Of a stretch of DNA of 64,000 nt, positions 1 through 16,025 are shown one piece after another. Numbering within the stretch: the first letter of the stretch is position 1; each line of letters opens with the position of its first letter. The DNA comes from the human T2T-CHM13v2.0 reference genome, Homo sapiens, in NCBI RefSeq assembly GCF_009914755.1, contig NC_060934.1. One strand, 5' to 3'. Below the pieces are notes generated by a model. It saw only the letters and a program-made list of their open reading frames with translations, was not told the DNA's origin and made no database searches. The position numbers and the translations under genes were made by a program.

Positions 1-272
1 ACTCTGTCCCCTCCCCCACAAAAAAAGAAGTCAGTGAAAAATGGCACTTTGAGAATGTCTGATGACATGTGGATTGGGCACTATGCCCATGCCCCATCTC
101 CCAAATGCTCACAGTGGCTCCCTCTTCCCCCTGGCTGTACAAGGGGCAGTTGGTGGCTGGTTTTCAGCCAGGACTGCTCCCCTCCCGCCCCACCTACACT
201 TCTTATTACTTTTGTTTTTTAAAAAAATTTTGGCTGGGCGCCGTGGCTCACGCCTGTAATCCCAGTACTTTA

Positions 273-542
<270 letters not shown>

Positions 543-1064
543 TCACTATGTTGCCCAGGGTGTTCTTGAACTCCTGGGCTCGATCAATCCTCCTGCCTCG
601 GCCTCCTGAAGTGCTGGGATCACAGGTGTGAGTCACTGCGCCCAGTGTCCCAGCTCCTGCTCTGATCCAGCTCTGGCATTAACCAAGCTTCATGGCTGCA
701 GGCAGAACAATTTCTCCAGTCCTCAATTTCTCATCTATAAAATGAGGAGGTGGGGTTAGGCCCATGATTTTAGAAATAAATGTCAAAAACAGCAAAGAAA
801 GTAAGAGAAGAAGAAGGGAAGAGACGATGTGTATACCACTGGGGAGCTGAGCCCAGACTTGCCACTGTGTGGATTAGATAATGCTGCTTCTCCTCACATG
901 GAATTGTGGGAAATTCCCCAAAACTGTGACCGGAGCCAGCTTTAGGCAAGGCTTTTTCTCCTTCTGGAAAGAACACCTGAACTCAGTCACCTTGGACTCT
1001 GCCTTCCTACTCTTTCTCCTCCTTTATGTGGAACATTTCTCCTTGGTGATTCTCTTAATGCATT

Positions 1065-1782
1065 TTAAAAATATTGAAAATAGATGTTTTATTTTGTTTA
1101 TACAAGGTACAATGTCAAAATACAAATAATATATAATGTATAGATATAATAGACAAGGAAGTATAAATATAAACGCATATATTCGTAAAATGGCACTGAG
1201 TTGAGTTTTCTTCTTCCTGAATCCTTCAATGGAGAGGATTCGCTGGGCTCAGCATCTCTCCCACCTTTCCCAGGTCCCTGTCCATGTGTGCAGAGCAGCT
1301 GGAGACAGGGTGGTTAGAAGCCCAAACGCTGGTGTCTTCCCTGTAGACGTCTCCCACGCCAGGAGAAGCCTTGTAATTGACAGAGAGCTTTGGGTATGTC
1401 ACTTTTCTCTGTGAACTGCAAGTTAGGATGAGGGACGGAAGATTCGGGGCAGGGTTTTTATTTCATTACCACATGTATTCCAGGCAGCTCACACTGTAAT
1501 GAAATAAAAATCCTGCTCAGAAGCCTTTGGTCTCTCCTGGGAAGCTGGGCCCTGGGTCCAAGGCACGACAGGCAGGCAGGTGGTGCCCATGGGAATGCGG
1601 AGAACCTGCTCCCTCGCGCAGGAGGCGCCGACCCGGCAGTCCGTGAGATCCTGCTGGGACTTCTGAGAGGCCTGGTGAGCTTGCTCCTGGAGCCCGCTTC
1701 CTTGCACCTCTTCTCAGTCGTCTTTAGCTAAAGCAGAGAGGCTCCTTCACTCCGGACTTAGCTGGGCTGGTTTCCCCGAGTT
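1065..1782 (-). other. IL15RA: IL15RA 3' UTR (3' end approximate)
   Basis: Follows stop codon; AATAAA at 1093-1088 and a second at 1462-1457. Confidence 0.8.
1088..1093 (-). terminator. Polyadenylation signal AATAAA of IL15RA
   Basis: tttatt on + strand at the end of an AU-rich stretch. Confidence 0.8.
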
Positions 1783-1894
1783 TCATAGGTGGTGAGAGCA
1801 GTTTTCCAAGTCTTCATCTCTGCTGCTGGTCCCCCAAGTCACCGGCAGAGCCTCCATGGCTTCCATTTCAACGCTGGCCAGCGGGGGAGTTTGC
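1783..1894 (-). CDS. IL15RA: Exon 7 coding part, cytoplasmic tail (QTPPLASVEMEAMEALPVTWGTSSRDEDLENCSHHL*)
   Basis: TTTGCAG|G acceptor, TGA at 1785-1783; seven exons total 804 nt = 267 aa + stop. Confidence 0.98.
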
Positions 1895-1947
1895 CTGCAA
1901 AGCAGGTGGTTCATAGGTTTTGAAAAGAGGAGGGGGTTGCCCTCAAA

Positions 1948-2014
1948 TCAACAGACGCTTCCCACTGAGCATGTATGTCCAGCACTGCGGGGATGGCAGG
2001 AGCAGACAGAGGCC
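1948..2014 (-). CDS. IL15RA: Alternative last-exon acceptor (exon 7') giving tail ASVCSCHPRSAGHTCSVGSVC*
   Basis: GGCAG|G acceptor 120 nt upstream of the exon 7 acceptor, phase 2 compatible with exon 6; TGA at 1950-1948; I recognise this as a described isoform C-terminus. Confidence 0.85.
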
Positions 2015-3729
2015 CTGCCACGGGAGTCAGACAGAGAGCACTTAGTCCTCAGAGATGGAGAGAACCTAGAATGCCTACCTCTACCGAGTGTATTAAATCC
2101 TATCTAGGGGCCAGGTGTGGTGGCGCATGCCTGTAATCCTAGCACTTTAGGAGGCTGTGGTGGGAGGATCGCTTGAGCCCAGAAGTTCAAGACCAACCAG
2201 GACAATATGATGAGAATAAATCCTCTCCAGGTATTTCCAACCTCCCCATCCACCAAAGACTCACCAAGTGCTGTTGGAGCAACTTACGCCACCCTGCCAT
2301 CACCCCACGCTTTGCCAGTCCTCTGCCAAAAAGCCATTCAAATGGCAGGAACAAGAGAAGGAGAGAGTGACTGGGAGCCTAGCCAAACCAGAGTTGATCA
2401 TCTTGAAAAAAGTGATTTAATATTCATGAAGCTTTTAAAAACAGTTCTTAGCACTTAGTATGTGTGAAATAAATAAAGAAATACACAAATCAATCAGCTC
2501 CCGAATGACAAGCACAGGCGAGGCAGGACACTGGTCATACGTGGCTGGCCTGTCTGGAGCTGCCTGGGTGCTGATGCCCTGGGCATCTGGCCGGCACCTT
2601 CTACCAGGGCTGGTGAAATGTCCCTCCGGAGGAGCAGCAGCTCTTTAGGCCATTTTAAGGTAAGCAGTGTGAGCTCCCTGGAGTGAGAGCTAAAATAAGG
2701 CAGGATGGGGGTCAATTCACTGACAATAATTTGCTAACAGCCAATTTGTCAAATGGCAAATCTAACTAATAACCCATTTGCAAAAAACAAGTTTATGGAA
2801 AGAATCAATTCACCAAATGACCAAGTAATTACACTCATCAAATTTACCAATTCTTCTTTTTTTTTTTTTTTTTTTCTCTGAGACAGGGTCTTGCTCTGTC
2901 TCCCAGGCTGGAGTGCAGTGGTGTGATGCTGGCTTGCTGCAGCCTCTGCAGACAACCACGCCCAGCTAACTTTTTGTATTTTTTGTAGAGATCAGGTTTC
3001 ACCATGTTGGCCAGGCTGGTCACAAAAAAAGCGATGCATGCACTTCAGCCTCCCAAAGTGCTGGGATTACAGGTGTGAGCCACTATGCCCGACCATGCCA
3101 ATTCTTCCTAAAGATATATTTATTTTACTTTTTGAGCTTTTTAAAAATTAGATTTTTTGTGTGTGGGGGGATGGGGTCTCACTATGTTGTCCAGGCTGGT
3201 CTCAAACTGCTAGGCTCAAGTAATCCTTCCACCTCAGCCTCCCAAAGTGCTGGGATTACAGGCATAAGCCACCATACCCAACTGAGATATCTTTCATATA
3301 GCCAGTAAATATTGCTATTTTCCTCTTATGAACATATTTATTGGCCGTATATACCAAATTTACAAATCCTTTTTAAGAATATATTTTAATGTATTATTCA
3401 TAAAGAGATGGTATGTACATTTAAAAAATATATTCAGTGAATATATTTATTCATTATAACTGGTTAAGAATATAACTCCAAATTCAGCATTTTATATTGG
3501 AAATTCTGTAGTTATTAATAGTGATATTTTGAAAATTGTCTTAAAAGTCATTTTCTGTTTTGTCAACATTTTTCATTTTTTGAATTCTTTGGACAAATTT
3601 TTGAGTAACATATCAATGTTTGTTAATTTCTCAACTGTTTATAAGGTTTATGGCTTTTTTATTGGTCGGGATGGTATTCACAGCTTTTGAAGATTTATGT
3701 GAAGTTTTAGATACTGGTTTTCATTTTGA

Positions 3730-4155
<426 letters not shown>

Positions 4156-4584
4156 TAAAAGTTTAGTTTGGACAAATCTGATATCCGTATCAGTATGGAA
4201 TGCTGGAATACTGGTTACTAATTGATAGAAGTACAAAATGAAGGCTAGAATGCCATTTGAGGCTTTAATCAAAGAATAATAATACTGCCTAAAGATTAAA
4301 AAAATGAGAAAAATTAAAAAAGTTAGCAAGTGGCAGAAATATTTTTGCCAGAAATGCTGAGATGCAGAATTTCAATGATTAGAAATACAAAATTAAGGCT
4401 AACATGAATCAGTATATTTATAAGAAGGCATACCCCTATTCAATGAGGACTTTCAAGAATATATTCATGAGGGTATCACAAGAAGAATGGGTAGGACTGC
4501 ACGCGTTGGCCACCTGGTGCACTTTCTCTGGCCGCCCCATTTCTACTATGAGCAGGGGTAGGGGGCACTTGGGCTTGGGCCTAG

Positions 4585-4941
<357 letters not shown>

Positions 4942-5068
4942 TGATCTGCCCGCCTTGGCCTCCCAAAGTGCTGGAATTCCAGGCGTGAGCTACCGCGCCC
5001 GGCCAGGTGCAACTCTTTTCTCATGGGGAAGTCTAACTCTTGCAGAGGGAGTATCCAGTGCAACTCAC

Positions 5069-5144
5069 CTTGACTTGAGGTAGCATGCCAGGAGAGACAC
5101 AGCGCTCAGCCCACACAGCAGGACAGTGGACGTGGAGATAGCCA
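5069..5144 (-). CDS. IL15RA: Exon 6, transmembrane segment ([26 protein letters not shown])
   Basis: TTTCAG|TG acceptor, AG|GTGAGT donor; 76 nt; hydrophobic helix. Confidence 0.98.
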
Positions 5145-5647
5145 CTGAAAGGGAGGAGACCACGCTGAGATACCCAGAAGCACATTCATTGCTACGAACC
5201 ACAAATTCTTTACCATGGATGTTCTTACAGAGGGATCCAAGTGCCTCCCAACCAGCCTCCTGCTAAGGACATTTCTTAAGGTCCATGCAATTCCCCCGAT
5301 TCTATGTCTAGGCAAAAACACATTCTCTTTCCTGCTGAGGGTGCCAGCTCCCAGTCGTCCCACACCTCTGCTCCTCATCCTTGTCCTTCTCAGGCAGAGT
5401 GCCTGGGGTGACGGGGCAGGGACGGAGCAAGTCAGGAGGGAGCAGTAAGAGCCTCAAGGGCAAAGCCAAGAGTGCGATGAGGAGAGAGCATTCCTGCTGC
5501 TAAAGCCAGGGTTGAAAAAGCAGACAGGGACACACCCCTCCTCTGCTGTCCCCAGTACAACGCCCACTTTGCTTCAACTTCACAGATTTAGAAACAATAG
5601 CACACAGTGCCATTTTCCTTCCAATTTCATTTTTTTTTCACTTGCAA

Positions 5648-6589
<942 letters not shown>

Positions 6590-7025
6590 TAATCTAATAA
6601 AAGTCATGAACTAGCAAAAGCAGATTATAGATTATAGCCCATCATCAAATAGTTGTTGGAAAATGTATATAGAAAAAATGACCCCTGAACTTTATATGTA
6701 GGATTTTATCCTACAGATATTCTTGCACCTATGGATTTTCAATTAATGGCTGTTTGTAAGATAACAACAGAATGTAGCAATCACATGTCCAGATAGGGGG
6801 TTGGCTAAATTAATGGTAGGAATTCCATACAGTGGAATATTCTGTAGCTGTTAAAAACGATGAGATGGTTTTTGTGTCCTGATATGGGAGGATCTACAAG
6901 GTATACCAGCAAGTGGAAACAAACATGGTACAGAAAAGGAGAAAAGAAGCAACTGTCCAGCATTCCTTATCCTCTATATGTTTATTTATACAGTCTCTCT
7001 GGAAGGATGCCTGGAAATCTGGTAG

Positions 7026-7314
<289 letters not shown>

Positions 7315-8444
7315 TGATCAGCCCCCCTCGGCCTCCCAAACTGCTGGGATTATAGGTGTGAGCTACCTCGCCCAGCCTGATTGTTTTTTAAACGATTCTA
7401 ATCAATTAACTGCTAAAATGTCCAAAGTCACTTGATGTTTTCCCAGATGACGTTTGATGCAGGTAAAAATGACACCACAAAAATATGAGTCATTCTCTAG
7501 CAGAAAAATTTATGAACAGAAGATTAAAATAATTTTTGTCCATATCAAATTACAGTTGGGTTTTTTGTTACTTTGGAAGCTTGTCAGCCTGGAGCATGAC
7601 TTGCATTCTTCTCATTACCTGCGTTCTTCCTCCCTGCCTGCTTCCCTTCTTCCTCCTGTTCTCCCCTCCTCTCTCAGCTCTCCTCCCCTCCCTTCAGCTT
7701 TTTCTTTTAGTCTTGTAAACGCTTTCCCCTTTTCCTCCTTATCATCACTTGCACGTTCTCTTTTCTATTCTCCTAGCCTTAGCATTGCGTGTGACTTCTG
7801 TAAAGAGGAGCAGATTTTTGGTTTTATTTTGTTTTGTTAACTTTTTTTCTTTTTCTTTTTCTTTTTTTTTTTTTTTAATAGAGATGGGGTCTTGCTATGT
7901 TGACCAGGCTGGCCTCAAATTCTGGCCTCAAGCAATCCTCCCATTTCGGCCTCCCAAACTGCTGGGATTACAGGTGTGAGCCACCATGCCTGGCCAAGAG
8001 TAGCATTTTATACCGAAAATGTGGACAGCTTCTCTGTTAAGTGCACGGTGCCACGCCCTGGAGAGGAATTGGCAGCTTCTGGCAGAGATGCTGTAACGTC
8101 AGTGCTGGCATCAGCACCTGTAGTTTTGGATGCTCCATGCAAAAGAGGTGCACCCTGCTGTGAAGAGCTGACCTTGAGCCCTTATTTGGGGTGCCAGCTC
8201 TCTGGGTTCAGCCCCAGTAGCCTGACAGCTAGAAGCTACCAATATTTAGAAAAATGGGCACATCAAACAGAGAATTCCATAAATCAGCTATTACTTAACT
8301 TATTATCTGATGGAGGCCTTCTGAGTGTGGAAGGGGCTGCTGTCAGGGCTGTGCTGGGGCAGCGGGCCTGGGCCAGGACCACCCAGCACCCTGGGACTGC
8401 GGTCACCCTGATCATAAACATACTGGACAAAGGGACACACTTAC

Positions 8445-8477
8445 CAGTGGTGTCGCTGTGGCCCTGTGGATACACAC
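8445..8477 (-). CDS. IL15RA: Exon 5 (GVYPQGHSDTT)
   Basis: TTTTCCGCAG|GT acceptor, G|GTAAGT donor; 33 nt. Confidence 0.97.
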
Positions 8478-9057
8478 CTGCGGAAAAGAGAGGACAGCAT
8501 CACGGCTCGAGTCCTAGAGGTCCTAGTTCCTCATGAAGCAGGAGAAAATCTGCATGGCTTGGCTCCCATCTTAGCACCCTGGGAGACTCGTGGCTGGCGT
8601 AACCAGACTCATTTTAGCAAAGAACAAGCAGGGTAGCTCACTGAGGTGCTGGCCACACTTAAGAATCAGATAAGCCTTACAGAAGGTCCCCATTACCCTC
8701 AGCTCCTCCATTCCACAGATCCTGGCCCCGGACTGTAGGCAGCTTCACCACCTCCTACTGCAGGAGGGCACAGATGCCACTCCCAGCTGCACAGGCTCTG
8801 CCATGCGGGTGATAAGGCTGGCCCTGTCACATCTTGGGGGGGTGTGGGCTTGCTTTTGCAGCTGCCCCAGCCACAGAGAAAGCCACGGAGAAAGAGGTCA
8901 GGCCAGGACGCCGTGGCTGGTGGCCGGGGCCAGCAGGCTGCCCAGTGAATCCTGACTTTGGATTGATGGTATAAAGCTGCCTTGTGCCGGATCTCAGCCC
9001 CGATCTCAGAAGCAGCAATGGGGAACTGACCTCTCCTGGGGCAAAGCGAGTGCTAAC

Positions 9058-9258
9058 CTGGCGGCTGGTGGGAGGCGGATGCTGTGAGTTCCCAGGTCTT
9101 GGCTGTTGTCTGAGAGGGGGTGCCGTGGGAGGACTCATGACTGCTTATCTCTGTGGTTCCTGTGGAAGGTGATTTTGAAGGCATCAGCTGGGAGCCCGGG
9201 ACAATAGCTGCTGTTGTGGCCGCTGTGTTGTTTGAGCTGGGAGATGAAGCTGCGGGCT
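9058..9258 (-). CDS. IL15RA: Exon 4, Pro/Thr/Ser-rich stalk (EPAASSPSSNNTAA...ASHQPP)
   Basis: CTACAG|AG acceptor, G|GTTAG donor; 201 nt; N-glycosylation sequon NNT. Confidence 0.98.
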
Positions 9259-9489
9259 CTGTAGGAGAGTCCAAGGCAGGGACAACATCAGTGTGCAGAC
9301 TCCCCTCCTCTCAGCTGCAGCACGGGGTGATGTGGGAGCTGCCATAGTGAGTCACCCTGACCAGCCCTCCCTCTCTCACAGCCAACTGCTCCTTGAGAGG
9401 GTGACATAGCCGTTCCTCTGGAAGGGCCATAGGACCTGTGAAAACACTAAAGAACATGGCTACTATCACGGCACGTATAAAGAAAAGAT

Positions 9490-10105
<616 letters not shown>

Positions 10106-10992
10106 AGGTGGGGGGAAGAAAAGAAAAGAAAAGGTGTCAAAGATCTGAGTCGTTCAGCTTGTTTACTAGAGAAGGCAGGCCCAACGCTGGAGGCTCAGCT
10201 GAGAGCAGGTGAAGCTGCGCTGGCCGAGGACGCTCGGAGCGGCTGCGTGTGAAACACGGGAAGCCTGGGCTCTGGCCTGAACTCTCCGGGCTGTGTGGGA
10301 GGAAAGCGTCCTGATGAGCTTGCTCTCAGGAACAGAGGCTGCCTTGTGTTCAGCGTCTTCCCTGTCTTCCTTGTCCTTCCCTGGAAGGTGGCTGCCCCTG
10401 CACTGTAAGGGTGTGGCGTAACTGTGCTGTTCCCTCTCCATGAAAAATGTGTCTTCCATTGTGACAGCCACGGAATCTAGGAAACGTGAGGCCAAGCGCT
10501 GTGGCTCTCTGGACGCACTGTTGTTGCCGCGTTCCCATGGTCTCCCAGCCACACAGGTCATGAGAAGTCCTCACGCCCCTTAATCCTGTGTCACCACCTT
10601 TCATATAACTTGCCCTACGCTCACTGCCAATGCTCCAGGGCTCCCTGCACAGGACGCACCAAGGCATCCTCAGCCAAGTGCCCACGGTCGTGCCAGCTCG
10701 GGTCAAAGGCTGCTGTCACATCGGGGCTTCTGACTGCACCATTGTGTCTCGACAATGGCCATCGGACCAGGTATTGGGGATGCGAAGGTGGGGCTGGGAG
10801 AGCCTACTTGATCATTCTCCTCCTTGGGTGAACCAGGTGTGACTCAGATCAAAGGGGTTGTAGAATTACTTCAAGTTTAAATGGAGCCAGCCCCTCAACC
10901 CCTTCCTCCCTGTGCAGGTGACTCACTAGGAGGGAACCTTGTTTAGCTGCTTCTTCCTCCCTTAAGATGCAGGCCTCAGCCTTGGCCACTTA

Positions 10993-11517
<525 letters not shown>

Positions 11518-12438
11518 CTAAAGCCAAGAGTGAACTGTAGCACAAAGGTATCATAGCATGCAGGGCGGAGGATCCCAAGAAAGCATCCAAGATTTCAAAT
11601 TTTCTGAACACTGAGAAAGCGCTGAGGAAATTGGGCCTGACAAGCACCAAAGACTCTGTTGAAACACAGGACACTGGCAGCTTCAGGCAGCGCCTCTATA
11701 ATAGAGCAGTCACTGGGATGTGCTGGTGTTTAGGTCTGGTGGGGGCAGCTCTCCACAGGTCTCTCACATTTTTGCACATCTTGCAGACAGAGGAGCTGAT
11801 GGCCCTTTCTCTGGACCATCCTCTCAAGGGTGCTTCTACAGCAAGCGCCTTGGAAGACGGGGACATGGTCTCCCCTGGAGCAGAGAGCAGGTGTGATTAC
11901 TGCCCATGACAAAACGCTTGGGTCTCGGAAGCCCAGGCTTCCTCTCCCACAGTGCAGCCCGCTGAGTGGACAGGCATCTGTTCAGGCCCAACTGTGCTGC
12001 CCCTGCTGGCTAGGGGACGAGGGAATTGATGTAAACATGCTGAAGCTCCCGCTGCCTGCTGGCCTCCCATCCTGGAGTGCCCTCTTTTCTGCCAGCACCC
12101 ATGAAAATGTTGAGGGCTAACACACATGCAACCTCAAACCTCAGTCTGCTTTCAGTTCTTGACAAAGATAAGTGTCTACAACTAAATTTGATATGACATA
12201 TTAGTGAGTTTTAAACCACTATTAATTCTGCACATATAACACGTGGATATCAAGCAACTTTGATTTGAAAAAGAAAATTAAGTTGGACGTTCTTATTCTT
12301 GATTGAATAAGACGTTTGCGCTATTGCCTAAGTCTGCAGTGGCACACCACAGAGGTCCGTGAGTCTGCAGGATTGGTGAGCGGGCCTCTGGGTGTTGGGA
12401 GGGAATAAATGTCCTCGAGAAGTTTCTGACCTTCCTAC

Positions 12439-12537
12439 CTTTTCCAGAAGGGGAGAGGCTCTCTGGCTGTGGGGTCACCCCTGCCGTCGTTACTGTGGAG
12501 GGTGGCGCTGGCCTTTGGTGAACCAGGGCAGGGTCTC
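12439..12537 (-). CDS. IL15RA: Exon 3, hinge/linker (RDPALVHQRPAPPSTVTTAGVTPQPESLSPSGK)
   Basis: CTCTCTAG|GA acceptor, G|GTAGG donor; 99 nt. Confidence 0.98.
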
Positions 12538-12859
12538 CTAGAGAGAGGATAACCACATGGCACTTATGATCCTGAGCCTGGAACCTGGGCTGGCTTCAGA
12601 ACGGGATACAAATAAAATATATCAACACATGAACTTACAGTGGAGGCCTCTGGCTTCCTCAGACAGGTTAAAAGCATAAGAAACAATGTTTCCCCACCCG
12701 AATGCAAAGATAGACTGCAAACTATTTTTCTTGCATTTCCAAAAAGACTGCACAAGTTAAATATCAAATTTATTTTGGCTGAGATTATATTAATGATATC
12801 AATTCAATTTTATAATGCTGGTTATTCTTGGGAGAATAAATGATCACTCAATAGATTCT

Positions 12860-13163
12860 ATTTTGTTTGTTTGAGACAGGGTCTTGCTCCGTTGCCCAGG
12901 TTGGAGTGCAGTAGTGTGATCACAACTCACTGCAGCCTTGACCTCCCGGGCTCAAGAGATCCTCCTGCCTCAGTCTCCTGAGTAGCTGGGACTACATGTA
13001 CGTGCCTCAATGCCCAGGTAATTTTTATCTTTTAATTTTTTTGGTAGAGACAGGGTCTTGCTATGTTGCTGAGGCTGGTCTCGAACTCCTGGTCTCAAGA
13101 AATCCCTCCCATCTCGGCCTCCCAAAGTGCTGGGATTACAGGTGTAAGCCACCATACCTGGCT
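12860..13163 (-). mobile_element. AluJ, IL15RA intron 2
   Basis: Reverse-complement Alu. Confidence 0.9.
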
Positions 13164-14397
13164 TACATTTCACTTGTTGAGCAGGAAAAAAGTCATTCAA
13201 AGCACAAGAGTTTGGGAAGCATAACAGAGGGAGTTGTGAGTGATCAGAACGTGGAAGGATCCTTTGGGCTAGGTGAAACCTAAAGAGGCCTCCAGTCTTT
13301 GGACTCTAAAATCCTGATTCCGGGTTCTCTTCTTTCCTCTCCCATCCTGACCCTGGAGCCCATAGCTCTTCTCCATCCCGGATTCATTTGCCCAAAGGAC
13401 ATGGAGTGTCGAGGAGACCTGACTTGCCCTGCAGTGAGAAAGCCCTCATTTTACCTCGGGCAGACAGGTTCCAGGGAGTCCCAGGACTGGCAGAGTAAGA
13501 CCCACCGTGGTTCCCACAGATCCTGCTCACCCCGCCACGCTCAGCTTTCCCATTCACTCACTGATGCCACGGGGTGCTGTGTCCCCAGCGAGTGATTTCT
13601 TGGAACAAGTCGGAGGCTTCCTCCCTGCCTTCCCTCTGCTGCCTGTGTGACTCGCTCTGTTCTGGGGGAGGAGGCTGAGCTACCACTACCAAGCCAGTGG
13701 CAATGTCCAGCGCCTCAAGGAGCTCCCCTCTGTCCCCTGCTGCAGAGGGCGTGAGCTATGGGGCCGCTCCATGCAGGGGCGCGCTCATCCCTGCCCCAGA
13801 GATGAACTGGGGAAGGAGAGAAGCCTGCAGAGGTGGGCCTGAGTGTTCCAGAAACAGCTCCAAGTGGTTCCCACCCGAGATGGTTTGGCTGCTTCTGGGA
13901 CGTTTATCCAGGTGCAGACAGTTAAAAAAAAAAAGTTGATTCTTGCCACCTTCCCTCACCCCTGCTGGACACCATGCACAGGTGACTGAGCAAAGGGCAG
14001 CCCTGCTCCAGGGCCTGTGCCCATCCCCGGGGCTGGGTACTGAGAGAGGAGCAGTGATGGCTTCCAACATCCACCTTCTCATGGGAAATCCAAACATTTC
14101 TCACACTAGCGTGCTCATGAGTGCCCGCCCAGCTCTGCAGCCAAATTCTCTTGCCAGCATCGTCTCAAATCAAAGCACTACATGTAATAAGAGTTAATAT
14201 TTACCAGGGTTCACGCCACCCTCCCACAGCCCGCAGTGTGGATATCAAGTCCGTTTTCCAGATGACCAGCCAGAGTGCCAGAATATCACAAGAGCTGCCC
14301 AAGGCCTCCTGGGTGGTAGGCGGCAAAGCCAGGATTTAAACCCAGAATCCTGTGACCCCAGCACCTGTGTGTTTCCAACGCCAGGAGCTGTTGCTGA

Positions 14398-14841
<444 letters not shown>

Positions 14842-15036
14842 TAATGCATTTGAGACTGGGGGTTGTCCAGTGGGCGACATTCGTGGCCTTGTTCAACACG
14901 CACTCCGTCAGGCTGGACGTGCCGGCTTTACGCTTGAAACCAGAGTTACAAATGTACCGCTCCCTGGAGTACAAGCTGTAGCTCTTGACCCAGATGTCTG
15001 CGTGTTCCACGGACATGGGGGGAGGGCACGTGATGC
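14842..15036 (-). CDS. IL15RA: Exon 2, sushi/CCP domain (ITCPPPMSVEHADIWVKSYSLYSRERYICNSGFKRKAGTSSLTECVLNKATNVAHWTTPSLKCI)
   Basis: Four sushi cysteines and conserved Trp; GCAG|GC acceptor, A|GTGAGT donor; 195 nt. Confidence 0.99.
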
Positions 15037-15457
15037 CTGCGAAAGTGCAGAGGACAGGGGACGGTGAAGAGGTTTCCACTTGTAAGAGGCGTTCTCCAGG
15101 CACACGCAGCGGTAGTCAGTGTCCAGCTTATCCTAGGGGTGCCTCAGGACAAGCCCCAGGTGCCAGGCACGTGGAGGATGTACAGGAAGAGCATCCTCAC
15201 CCAGAAGCCTTCCTGGAGCCTCGCCTGAAGTGCCAGTCAGCCAGCAAAACTACAGATGAGGGCGTGGGGAGAGGGTCATCGATGAAACACCCTCTCCCTT
15301 CATTTCCCACCCCTCTCCAAGCCCTCAGTCTCTCTTAAAGTCTTCATCCCTCTCCACCGTGGACCCAGCCTCCAATTCTCACTGAACGACAGCAAGTGCC
15401 TCCAGATAGGCCCCCTGCAGGCTCTCCCACAGGTCTCTGCGGCCAGCATCACCTTTA

Positions 15458-15835
<378 letters not shown>

Positions 15836-15839
15836 TTAG

Positions 15840-16025
<186 letters not shown>

